Of a DNA stretch of 64,000 bases, positions 1-8,796 are shown one piece after another. Position 1 is the stretch's first letter. Each line of letters opens with the position of its first letter. The notes under the pieces are model-generated. The model was given only the letters and a program-made list of their open reading frames with translations. It did not search any database and was not told where the DNA came from. A program made the position numbers and the translations under genes. The stretch comes from a virus (lineage: Duplodnaviria > Caudoviricetes): positions 1-64,000 of IMG/VR virus record IMGVR_UViG_3300012956_000016; one strand, written 5' to 3'.

Positions 1-2
1 AT

Positions 3-488
3 ACAAGTGTTTATAACAGTAGTGTAACCATAACATGTCCTCTATTACAAATCACAGTACCCGGCTTCAACAGCCCGGTAAACTTTCCTGATACTGTAAT
101 ACAACCCGGTTTTAACTTAAACCTTACAGCTTGTGATCTTGAATTACAAGTAGCTCAATGTGGTACTATTTACAATGATTTACCTGATGGTATCTACATT
201 ATCAAATACAGTGTACAACCACGAGATATTGTATATGTAGAGTATAATCATTTAAGAATTACTAAAGCTCTTTGGAAGTTACAAGCTTTGTATTGCGATC
301 TTGATTTAGCAACTTGTGAACCAGGAGCTGACAAAAGAAAAAAAATGGCAATGTTAAGAGATATAGAATCATACTTAAAAGCTGCTAAAGCAAAAGTAGA
401 GTTCTGTCACGAACCTTCAAAAGGTATGGAACTTTATAACTATGCTGTTAAGTTACTCGATAAAATGAACTGCAAATCCTGTCATTAA
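3..488 (+). CDS. 5'-truncated virion-module protein (open from the window edge; the listed 288..488 ORF is only its C-terminus)
   Basis: Frame 3 is open from base 3 (TSVYNSSVTITCP...DLPDGIYIIKYSV...) to TAA at 486-488; lies in the structural operon. Confidence 0.6.
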   Translation, partial: TSVYNSSVTITCPLLQITVPGFNSPVNFPDTVIQPGFNLNLTACDLELQVAQCGTIYNDLPDGIYIIKYSVQPRDIVYVEYNHLRITKALWKLQALYCDLDLATCEPGADKRKKMAMLRDIESYLKAAKAKVEFCHEPSKGMELYNYAVKLLDKMNCKSCH

Positions 489-507
489 CCAATAAACCAA
501 CAAGACC

Positions 508-726
508 ATGAAATGTCCTAATTGTAACAACACCTTATCATGCGGGTGTCAAAAAAGAGTAGCATCAAATGGTGCTCAAGTATGTACAAGTTGTATAGCT
601 TCTTATGAAGTAAAAATTCATAAACCAAAAGCTGATACAAATCAAACACATGTTGATATCCCAAGACAACATCAAAACACTGCCCCTACAATAAACAGTG
701 TAACTGTAAACTTAGGAGGTTTGTAA
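508..726 (+). CDS. Small Cys-rich protein (CxxC...CxC...CxxC), possible Zn-binding or virion accessory protein
   Basis: MKCPNCNNTLSCGCQK...CTSC; A/C-rich leader; stop overlaps the next start (TAATG). Confidence 0.6.
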   Translation: MKCPNCNNTLSCGCQKRVASNGAQVCTSCIASYEVKIHKPKADTNQTHVDIPRQHQNTAPTINSVTVNLGGL

Positions 727-1049
727 TGCTTATAGATCCCTTAAACATATTCCAAGATATAAAAGAAACAATCTTATTGGAGTATGTTAATGTGAAAGTA
801 GTATGTGCTTTTGGTAGCAGAGTCTCCGGAGTTAGTACTGGTCAAAAATGGGACTTTGATGTATTAGTAGTTTATGAAGGACAGAAACTTCTACCACATG
901 AACTGCTACTATTCTTAAGATCTAAGTTTGATCAAAGAATAGATGAAAATGGAAAAAATGTAAAGGTAGATGTTTGGACACTATCTGAAGATAAATTTGA
1001 AGATTTTAAAAACAACACAAAAAACGTAGTAGATGTCTGTATGTTATAA
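726..1049 (+). CDS. Minimal nucleotidyltransferase (Pol beta superfamily, MNT-like)
   Basis: hhFGS-x10-DxDhhh signature (VCAFGSRVSGVSTGQKWDFDVLVV) plus a third acidic residue in KVDVW; 107 aa. Confidence 0.75.
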   Translation: MLIDPLNIFQDIKETILLEYVNVKVVCAFGSRVSGVSTGQKWDFDVLVVYEGQKLLPHELLLFLRSKFDQRIDENGKNVKVDVWTLSEDKFEDFKNNTKNVVDVCML

Positions 1050-3537
1050 CTTAATATCTTGTACTGGGAATGACCCAGATATTCTTGGGGTAACAGATTC
1101 TATACTATCTGGCCACATAGATGATTTAGTATCTATCAATGGTGATAATACAAAGAAATACTATGTGCGAGCTACTCATCAGTTAATAGCTCCAGAGATT
1201 GATAATACATCTTTTTTATGTATAGGTAGTCCTGTGATTCAGTATGAGATCTCATCTATTTTATACAATGGTGTAGAACAAGTACTTTCTCCTCAGATTT
1301 ATAACTTAAATATAAGTAATATAGTACCTTTAACATGTTCAGGTATATCTTGTACTAACGGTATTTGTCCTATAGGTATTACTAATTATGAAAACTTATC
1401 TACCTTTTTAAATACGGTATTTACACTTTACGGTATACCATTACAAGCTAACCCTATTTATTTACCTTCAACAACGGGTGGATATGGGGGAGTTGTTATT
1501 AATGCTAGTAATAATGATGAATTTACTATAGAGATAAAAAGAACATCAGGACCATTAAGTCCTATGACTTATACTTACGGTATTGATAATATTGGTAATG
1601 GGTTTTATACAGTTAATGGTGCTTATACAGCATATTCAGGAGTTAAAACAGATTTTTGTTTAGGGACTGACCATGCTATTAGTTCAGTTACAGTTGAAAA
1701 CATATGTGAGGTAGTTGTTCCATGCGGATGTCCTGATGGATATACTCTTAGTGATGATGGTACAGAATGTACTTTATTTGAAAGTGTATCTGCTACTCAA
1801 AACCCTACTACTTATACTGCAGCTTTAGGTACATTTGCTGTAGGTTATTATGGATCTGAAGCTGGTCAATTTTATGAAGATATTAGTGCTAAACCATGGC
1901 CTATAGTTGCAACTAATGGTCCTTGTCCTATAATTGCGGGAACATGTAGTATTTTAAATGATGCTACTATAACTCCTTTATTAGTAACGAATCTTGTTGC
2001 TAATACTATATGGGGAGGAGTTACACCTACAACTGATTATAGAATTAGAGTTGCTGGTATATGGACTACTGCCGCCCCTTCTCCCGTTAATGAATGGATT
2101 GGATTTACTTACTGTGTAACTCTTACAACTACCAAAACATACTACATCGCTTTTGCTGTAGATGATTTTGCTAAGTTTTATCTTGATGGTAACTTAATGA
2201 TTGATCACTCAGGAGTAGGTTGGTCATTTAGAACATGGAAAATTATTCCGTTAACTTTAAATGCCGGTACTCATATTATTGATGGTCGTGTATTAAACTC
2301 TGGTGGATCAGCAACTTTTGCTTTTGAAATATATGATGCTACATTGGCTCAATTATTAGCAGTAAATGCTGTTGGTGATATTGATCCATATATTGTATTT
2401 AGTACTAAAGATTATATTGGACAAACATGGCAAACTGGTGAAGTATCTGGGTATACTTGTCCAAACGGGTATTCTTTAAATACTTGCGATGGTTTAGTAT
2501 GTAGTCGTACACTTACTGTACCATCTACTCCATGTTGTTATTTACTTAGAGATTGTAAAACAGGAACACTTATAGTTACTGATACAGACTTATCTTCTTA
2601 TGTAGGTCAGACAATTATTATTGAAGAGTTTGAAGGATGTTTTGCGGTAGAAGTATCTGTTACAGAATGTATACAACCACAACCAGTTACAGTAGGTGAT
2701 GCTTTCATTAGCTGTGATCAATGTGCACCTTGTTATACACTTACTAACTGTAGAGATACTGACTTGACTATAAAAGTAACTAATGACTTACTTACAAGCA
2801 TAGGTCAGATAGTTCTTGTTAATGGTGACTGTTGGACAGTTACTGAACAAGCTCCTGATTGTGTAGGTGCTTTACCTGTAATCATTACAGCTACATATGA
2901 TGATTGTTATTCATGTTTACCTAAGTGTTATATCTTAACTAAGTGTGATGATCCTAGTTATAGTGTTACTGTAACTACAGATCTTTCTCAATATGTAGGA
3001 CAAGTTGTACACCTTGAAAACTGTGGTACAACTTGCTGGTTAGTAGAGGAAACAATCTTATGTGAAGACTGTTTAGATGTCGTAGTATCTGAGTCTTTTA
3101 GAGACTGTGATACATGTGCACCATTACCACCAGAACTACCAGAAATCGAGTTACACCCACGTAAGGTAAAACCAGGATACGATACACCTGGATGTGATCC
3201 TGAATATACAGAAAAAGTAAACTGCAAATACTCGGATTATCTCTATAACGAAGTTATGAGTAAACGTCATGGAGTAACTATTTGCTGTCAAGAAGAAGCT
3301 CTTAAGTGGGAGATAAAAAAGAACTTACTTGATCTTAAAACTATTTACGATCCAAACATGTGTAAGTCTACACTTAATAAATGTTGTCCACCTAGTTGTG
3401 TTGAAAGTTTATTATATGTATTCCAAGCAGTAGCCTGTCCTGCACCTACTGATGTAGTATCTGTTTTTGATGCCCCAGTTGATTGTCCAGAACCAGGTCC
3501 ATTTATAAGAAGCATATTAACAGTCCAACCTAAATAA
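1033..3537 (+). CDS. Cys-rich tail appendage / receptor-binding protein with a PA14-like domain and C-Y-x-L-x-x-C repeats
   Basis: PA14-like segment YYIAFAVDDFAKFYLDG...LTLNAGTHIID; three tandem ~64-aa Cys repeats at 2533-3117; position in tail module. Confidence 0.6.
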   Translation: MSVCYNLISCTGNDPDILGVTDSILSGHIDDLVSINGDNTKKYYVRATHQLIAPEIDNTSFLCIGSPVIQYEISSILYNGVEQVLSPQIYNLNISNIVPLTCSGISCTNGICPIGITNYENLSTFLNTVFTLYGIPLQANPIYLPSTTGGYGGVVINASNNDEFTIEIKRTSGPLSPMTYTYGIDNIGNGFYTVNGAYTAYSGVKTDFCLGTDHAISSVTVENICEVVVPCGCPDGYTLSDDGTECTLFESVSATQNPTTYTAALGTFAVGYYGSEAGQFYEDISAKPWPIVATNGPCPIIAGTCSILNDATITPLLVTNLVANTIWGGVTPTTDYRIRVAGIWTTAAPSPVNEWIGFTYCVTLTTTKTYYIAFAVDDFAKFYLDGNLMIDHSGVGWSFRTWKIIPLTLNAGTHIIDGRVLNSGGSATFAFEIYDATLAQLLAVNAVGDIDPYIVFSTKDYIGQTWQTGEVSGYTCPNGYSLNTCDGLVCSRTLTVPSTPCCYLLRDCKTGTLIVTDTDLSSYVGQTIIIEEFEGCFAVEVSVTECIQPQPVTVGDAFISCDQCAPCYTLTNCRDTDLTIKVTNDLLTSIGQIVLVNGDCWTVTEQAPDCVGALPVIITATYDDCYSCLPKCYILTKCDDPSYSVTVTTDLSQYVGQVVHLENCGTTCWLVEETILCEDCLDVVVSESFRDCDTCAPLPPELPEIELHPRKVKPGYDTPGCDPEYTEKVNCKYSDYLYNEVMSKRHGVTICCQEEALKWEIKKNLLDLKTIYDPNMCKSTLNKCCPPSCVESLLYVFQAVACPAPTDVVSVFDAPVDCPEPGPFIRSILTVQPK
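2533..3117 (+). repeat. Three tandem ~64-aa Cys-rich protein repeats
   Basis: CYLLRDC...DLSSYVGQ...CDQC / CYTLTNC...DLLTSIGQ...CYSC / CYILTKC...DLSQYVGQ...CDTC. Confidence 0.8.
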
Positions 3538-3609
3538 GTTTGGCTATGATGAAAAATATTTGTATATTAACCGGTAATAACGTAAGTTTAAGCCACAATA
3601 AATAAGAAC

Positions 3610-5127
3610 ATGAAACCATTAAATACACCAAACGAAGGCTGTGATCCAGTATCATCTAACTGTGTTATCTGGCAAGGACCAGATATCCCGTGTTTAAAGC
3701 TATGTAAAGGTGATAGTGTTTCTTCAGTAGTACATAAAATGGCCACAGAACTATGTGACATCATGACTACTTTAGATATTTCTAGTTATGATCTTTCATG
3801 TTTTAACTTAAAGTTATGTCCTCCGGAAACATTCACTGAGTTGATCCAGTTCATAATGGAAAGAATCTGTAAGCTTGAAGGCTGTACAGGTTGTAAACCA
3901 GACTGTGATAATAACTCAGTTCCTCCTGTTACACCTACTTCTGCAGCTGGTTGTCCAGACTGTATAGTTGATGTAGCATCTTGCTTCTATTTCACAAACC
4001 AACTTGGTGATCAGATCACAACTATGCAGTTGTCTGATTATGTACATGCTATTGGTAACAAAATTTGTGGTATTATTGATGGTACAGTTACAATCAATGC
4101 TACCCTTGCTAACCAAGGTGCACGTATTAAAGCTTTAGAAGAAGAACCAGCTCCAGTAATTTTACTTCCTAGTATTGTTCCTTCTTGTGTTTTACCACCA
4201 GAAGCTGCTGAAATAGATGTTGTATTGCAAGCTTTAGAAACTCAGTTCTGTCAATTAAGAGGATCTACAGGATATCCTGATCAAATCTTCTTTGCTATTG
4301 ATAAACAACCTGCAGGATTAACTCAAGCTAATGCATTAAGCTTTGTTGGAACCATGGGTTCTATTCCAGGTTGGAACAGTGTTGTAAATAACTTAGCCGA
4401 TTCATTCACTAATATGTGGTTGACTATCGACGATATTAGAAAAGCTGTGCAAACTATTAAACTTAACTGCTGCCCATCAGGATGTGATGGAGTACTTATC
4501 AATCTTAGTGGATATTCAGTTGATGCTAATAGTATCAAGTTATATATAACAGGTACCATTCCTTCTGGATTCTTACCTTGCTCTGGTAATACTTTATTTA
4601 CTATTACTGATGCATTAGGAAACTCATTCCAGTATCCAATCGATCTTCCGGTATACATGAATAACCCAGGTGGTGTTACTATTAATTTAGTTTCAACTCC
4701 AGTTAATGGATCAAGTAACTTAACAGTGACTGCCAGTCCATGTTTAACTAACAACACAACTAATGCTACATGTCAATCAGCTCTTAACTTATATATTGTC
4801 AACCAAAACAACTGTCCTGTTGTGACATTAACTCAAGGTTTAACAAGTATTAATTACGGTATAGCATTAACAATAGCTAATACAACATACACTGTAGAGT
4901 TATGGAATAACACAAACAGCACATTATTACAAACAGCTGTACATAGTGTTGTATCTCCTGCTGCTATATCTGGTACGTTTACCGGATTAACAGGTGGTAC
5001 ATCTTATAATGTAAGAGTAAAATTAATGATAGGTACTATAGAATCTGTATGTCCTTTCGCTGCAATAAGTACTCTTCCTGCATTGTGTCCTGCTCCAACT
5101 AGTGTAACATCAAACTTAGAATACTAA
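3610..5127 (+). CDS. Cys-rich tail fibre-like protein with coiled coil and C-terminal FN3-like domain
   Basis: N-terminal C-x5-CVIWQGPDI motif; coiled coil (NQGARIKALEE); FN3-like YTVELW...FTGLTGGTSYNVRVK. Confidence 0.55.
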   Translation: MKPLNTPNEGCDPVSSNCVIWQGPDIPCLKLCKGDSVSSVVHKMATELCDIMTTLDISSYDLSCFNLKLCPPETFTELIQFIMERICKLEGCTGCKPDCDNNSVPPVTPTSAAGCPDCIVDVASCFYFTNQLGDQITTMQLSDYVHAIGNKICGIIDGTVTINATLANQGARIKALEEEPAPVILLPSIVPSCVLPPEAAEIDVVLQALETQFCQLRGSTGYPDQIFFAIDKQPAGLTQANALSFVGTMGSIPGWNSVVNNLADSFTNMWLTIDDIRKAVQTIKLNCCPSGCDGVLINLSGYSVDANSIKLYITGTIPSGFLPCSGNTLFTITDALGNSFQYPIDLPVYMNNPGGVTINLVSTPVNGSSNLTVTASPCLTNNTTNATCQSALNLYIVNQNNCPVVTLTQGLTSINYGIALTIANTTYTVELWNNTNSTLLQTAVHSVVSPAAISGTFTGLTGGTSYNVRVKLMIGTIESVCPFAAISTLPALCPAPTSVTSNLEY

Positions 5128-5131
5128 TATC

Positions 5132-5668
5132 ATGAACTGTAAAAGCTGTAATAAATGTAAAAAAGACTGTGGTTGTCCTCAAGGGTTTACCACAGCTAAT
5201 GTATGTGCAACATCTTTACCGGTTTGTGCTAACCCTGATCCTTGTACAGAGACTTTCAATGCAGCATGTATAGTATACATGGGCGATGATATTGTAGATG
5301 TTGGTATTAAAAAAGGTGATCGTATGGATTTGATCATACAAAAACTAGCTTTAATAGCAGTTAACCCGGGATGTGGTTTACCTACATCAGCTTGTAATGC
5401 TGTAGTAGGATTAGCAACAACATCTATTAGTAGTAGTATAATCAACTTAAGTTGGTTACTTGTTATCGGTGCTCTTAACTACTCTGTAGAATACAGACAA
5501 GTATCTTCTTTAACATGGTTAGTAAACCCAACATTAGGTCCTACTGCTACAAGTGATTATATCACTGGCTTAGCAGCAGCAACCGAATACTATATTAGAG
5601 TAAATGCTATCTGCTCAGTAGGTAACTGTTACTCATTAACGATCAAAGTAAAAACCAAATCAGTATAA
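5132..5668 (+). CDS. Small Cys-rich FN3-like tail accessory protein
   Basis: Shares CIVYMGDDI..GIKKGD motif with 3610..5127; FN3-like YSVEYR...ITGLAAATEYYIRVNAIC. Confidence 0.55.
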   Translation: MNCKSCNKCKKDCGCPQGFTTANVCATSLPVCANPDPCTETFNAACIVYMGDDIVDVGIKKGDRMDLIIQKLALIAVNPGCGLPTSACNAVVGLATTSISSSIINLSWLLVIGALNYSVEYRQVSSLTWLVNPTLGPTATSDYITGLAAATEYYIRVNAICSVGNCYSLTIKVKTKSV

Positions 5669-5687
5669 ATCTTAAAAACAAATCACA

Positions 5688-6878
5688 ATGGCAGCAATAC
5701 CCGCATCAATCACCGTAAACTTTACCAGCAACTATGCCGGCCCCCACAGAATCTGTTGGAGAGTTGGTGGTTCTGGTCCTTATAACTGTACAACAATCGT
5801 ATCATGTCCTGGAGGAGGTAACCCTTGTACAGGTGTTATTACTTTTACAGTAGATAATGAAACATGTGATCCTGTAGTTTTTGACGGATACGTTCAAGCT
5901 GCATGTGAAGCAGAAGGATCTTTAAGTGGTCAAGTACCATTTACAAACACATTTACACCTAATCCAGCATGTAAAGGTTACACATTAACTTGTGAATCAG
6001 TAAGTATATCAGCCGTTACTGTAACTAATGCAGGTACTGGATATGACCCATTAACTCCTCCAGTTGTAAGTATTGCTACTGGACCAGGTGTTGGTGCAAC
6101 AGCTACAGCTGAAGTAGGTGATGATGGTATATTAACTCAAACTATTACTAATGGTGGAGCTGGTTATGTAGATGGAACTTATATATCAGTTCCTGCTGTT
6201 AATATTACAGGTACAGGATCAGGTGCTAATTATGACGTAGTTGTTTTAGGTGGTATAATTACATCAATTACTCTTACAGATCCTATCTTTGCAGCTATAA
6301 ATGCTGGTACAGGTTATGCTGTAAGTGACACATTTGAATTTAACAATGCGTTATTAGGTGGTGCTGGTAGCGGTGTTATCATAACAGTGGATAGTCTAAA
6401 TACAGGAATGATCACTTTTATTAATATAACTACTGCAGGTTCTGGTTATATTGCAATACCATCTGTTACAGTTCCAGCGCCAGGTGTTGGAGTTCAGGCT
6501 TTATTAACAGCAGTACTTGCTAATTGTGCAACTTACAATGCAGGTGCTAACTGTGACTCAACTTCTAAACCTAATATTAACTTAGCTTTAAATGAAGCAA
6601 CTATTGTATGTGCTCCAACTACACCACCACCTCCAGAAAATCCTCTTGATGGTATGACTATTGTACAAGATGCTTGTTGCTATGATTGTACTAGTTATAC
6701 TGTAGAAGTAACTAGTGGTCATTCGAGATTAATTTATACAGACTGTACAACAAGAAATCAAGTCAAAACTACTGTAACTGGTCCTTATACTGGTACTATA
6801 TGTATGGTTACAGGCTCACTTTTAGTACAGTTTATTGATGGTACAACCGCTGTAGTTACTACAGGTTTATCTTGTTAA
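5688..6878 (+). CDS. Tail fibre/spike-like protein with (I/V)xxxGxGY repeats
   Basis: VTNAGTGY, ITNGGAGY, INAGTGY and ITTAGSGY repeats; Cys-rich termini. Confidence 0.5.
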   Translation: MAAIPASITVNFTSNYAGPHRICWRVGGSGPYNCTTIVSCPGGGNPCTGVITFTVDNETCDPVVFDGYVQAACEAEGSLSGQVPFTNTFTPNPACKGYTLTCESVSISAVTVTNAGTGYDPLTPPVVSIATGPGVGATATAEVGDDGILTQTITNGGAGYVDGTYISVPAVNITGTGSGANYDVVVLGGIITSITLTDPIFAAINAGTGYAVSDTFEFNNALLGGAGSGVIITVDSLNTGMITFINITTAGSGYIAIPSVTVPAPGVGVQALLTAVLANCATYNAGANCDSTSKPNINLALNEATIVCAPTTPPPPENPLDGMTIVQDACCYDCTSYTVEVTSGHSRLIYTDCTTRNQVKTTVTGPYTGTICMVTGSLLVQFIDGTTAVVTTGLSC

Positions 6879-6923
6879 GATATAAAGTCACGATTTGTTG
6901 GTTTCTTCGTGACTGACAGGTGG

Positions 6924-6960
6924 ATATCCTGGGGCGAAAGCTCCGGGATATTTGCTTTCT
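6924..6960 (+). terminator. Rho-independent terminator with GAAA tetraloop, preceded by a second hairpin at 6886-6914
   Basis: ATATCCTGGGGC-GAAA-GCTCCGGGATAT followed by TTGCTTTCT, after the tail-fibre genes. Confidence 0.75.
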
Positions 6961-6980
6961 AAACATTAAAAGTTTATTTT

Positions 6981-7008
6981 TAAACTTTAAATATTTTCTG
7001 TATATTAG
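6981..7008 (+). promoter_or_regulatory. Candidate phage promoter TAAACTTnnAATATTTnnnnTATATTAG
   Basis: 22/28 identical to 17951-17978; both are intergenic and 6-9 nt upstream of an ATG. Confidence 0.55.
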
Positions 7009-7014
7009 AGGTGT

Positions 7015-7617
7015 ATGAATCCAACAAACTCGTTCAAAAAACCAGATCTTAATGCACCAAGGTTTAGACCTGATGTTTTAAGTCTACTAAATAGAAAGCT
7101 CTTTGATAAATTTATAGCTGAATACCCGGAATATAAAGGGATGGACTGTGAAGATTTTAAAAAGATCATCAATACTTTCAACAGGAACTTATCTCAAACA
7201 GCTATCTCTGATAGAGATGGTGTAGAACTTCCAGAAAGTATGGGGTTTATCTTTATAGGAAGTTGCCAACCTCCGCGAAGAAAAGCTAATAACATAAACT
7301 ATGGTTTATCTATAAAACATAACACTACAGTACTCAACAGAAACTTAGGATCAGATAGTTTTCTTGCTAAGATTTTTTATACAAACTGTAGTACTAAATA
7401 TAGGTTTCAACACCGAGAAGTATGGCAGTTCGTAGCTAGTAAAGAGTTTGCAAAGAATACATCCATTGCTTATAAAGAAGATTGGAAGAAGTATATACAG
7501 GTTGAGAACAATCTTAAAATATCCAAACTTTACAGAAAAAATGGAACAAAAGACTGGGCTGTACGTATTAGAGATGATAAACCGGCTGAAGACTATAACG
7601 AATTTGAATTAGACTAA
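7015..7617 (+). CDS. HU/IHF-like DNA-binding protein
   Basis: Helix-helix followed by RDGVELPESMGFIFIG beta pattern; IHF-like genes are typical of the crAss-like structural module. Confidence 0.55.
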   Translation: MNPTNSFKKPDLNAPRFRPDVLSLLNRKLFDKFIAEYPEYKGMDCEDFKKIINTFNRNLSQTAISDRDGVELPESMGFIFIGSCQPPRRKANNINYGLSIKHNTTVLNRNLGSDSFLAKIFYTNCSTKYRFQHREVWQFVASKEFAKNTSIAYKEDWKKYIQVENNLKISKLYRKNGTKDWAVRIRDDKPAEDYNEFELD

Positions 7618-7621
7618 AACC

Positions 7622-8290
7622 ATGACAACAATAGGAGAATCTATATCACGCGTAAGAAACACTGTTAAGGCAGTTAAGGAAGATGCTTTCTTGACTGATC
7701 GCTTTGTTTATAGCTTGATTATGAAATACGCAAAGGTCTATATTCGTAGACAAGATAATGAGAACAAGATCATGAGGTTTCAAAGCCTCTTTGAAGTTGT
7801 TCCTTGTGTTGAGCTTATTGAAGTAGATAGGATTGAAGCATGTTGTACTGACATTAAAACGGGATGTACATTCATGAGAACTAAGAATAAACTTCCTCAA
7901 GTAATGGAAGGGACTTATGGTCCATTATTTCGTACGATTAGTTCTATTGATTCATCGATTGAAGTAAGAAAGACTTATCCAAGTACTTATGCTTCTATGA
8001 CTCGATTACCAAGTTTTAAATACAACACTAACAAGTACTACTGGTACCTTGATGGATATCTCTACTTCCCGAATATTGAATGGGAAACAGTTCGTGTAGA
8101 AGGTCTTTGGGAAGATGATATATCATTCTTAAAGTGTGGAACTGATGAGTGTAAATTAAGACAAGACAACCCGACACATATACCTGAATATCTTTTTGCA
8201 GAGATAGAAGCTATGGTTATTAAAGACTTAAGTTTCCAAATGCAAGTACCTTTTGAAAAAGGTGATGATAGTCAAAACCAATTAAGATAA
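7622..8290 (+). CDS. Tail ring / adaptor protein (crAss-like)
   Basis: Size, helical N-terminus (ISRVRNTVKAVKEDAFLTDRF), YYWYLDGYLYF beta segment, position upstream of the muzzle-like gene. Confidence 0.5.
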   Translation: MTTIGESISRVRNTVKAVKEDAFLTDRFVYSLIMKYAKVYIRRQDNENKIMRFQSLFEVVPCVELIEVDRIEACCTDIKTGCTFMRTKNKLPQVMEGTYGPLFRTISSIDSSIEVRKTYPSTYASMTRLPSFKYNTNKYYWYLDGYLYFPNIEWETVRVEGLWEDDISFLKCGTDECKLRQDNPTHIPEYLFAEIEAMVIKDLSFQMQVPFEKGDDSQNQLR

Positions 8291-8796
8291 TGGAAGCTAC
8301 TGTAGATACTAAAATATGTAGTAGATGTAAAAAAGACTTACCTTTGTCAAAGGAGTTTTTTCATGTATCTAAATTTTTAGCTGATGGGTTTAACAGTCAC
8401 TGTAAAGACTGTAGAAAAGGTACTTATTATAAAAGAAGAGAACCAGTACAAGATCTAAAAAGATTATTAACTGAAAGGTTCTCCGATTTAAAAACTAGAA
8501 CTAAAAAGAAAAGAGTAAAATATGATATAGCTTTAGATTTTGATGTGGAATACCTACTAGAACTATGGGTAGAACAATCCGGAAGATGCGCTATATCAGG
8601 TATAAAGATGACTTCTCTTTTATATGAAGGTCATATAAAAACTAATGTAAGTATTGACAGAGTAGATTCTAACAAAGGTTATAGTAAAAGTAATATACAA
8701 CTTGTATGTAGTATAGTTAACAAGATGAAACTAGACATGACTAAAGAAGAACTAATGTTTTACTGTAAAGAAATATTAAGAAACAATGAGCTATAA
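8290..8796 (+). CDS. Free-standing HNH homing endonuclease with N-terminal Zn ribbon
   Basis: CSRC...CKDC Zn finger; GRCAISG...SIDRVDSNKGYSKSNIQLVCSIVNKMK HNH-type core. Confidence 0.8.
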   Translation: MEATVDTKICSRCKKDLPLSKEFFHVSKFLADGFNSHCKDCRKGTYYKRREPVQDLKRLLTERFSDLKTRTKKKRVKYDIALDFDVEYLLELWVEQSGRCAISGIKMTSLLYEGHIKTNVSIDRVDSNKGYSKSNIQLVCSIVNKMKLDMTKEELMFYCKEILRNNEL

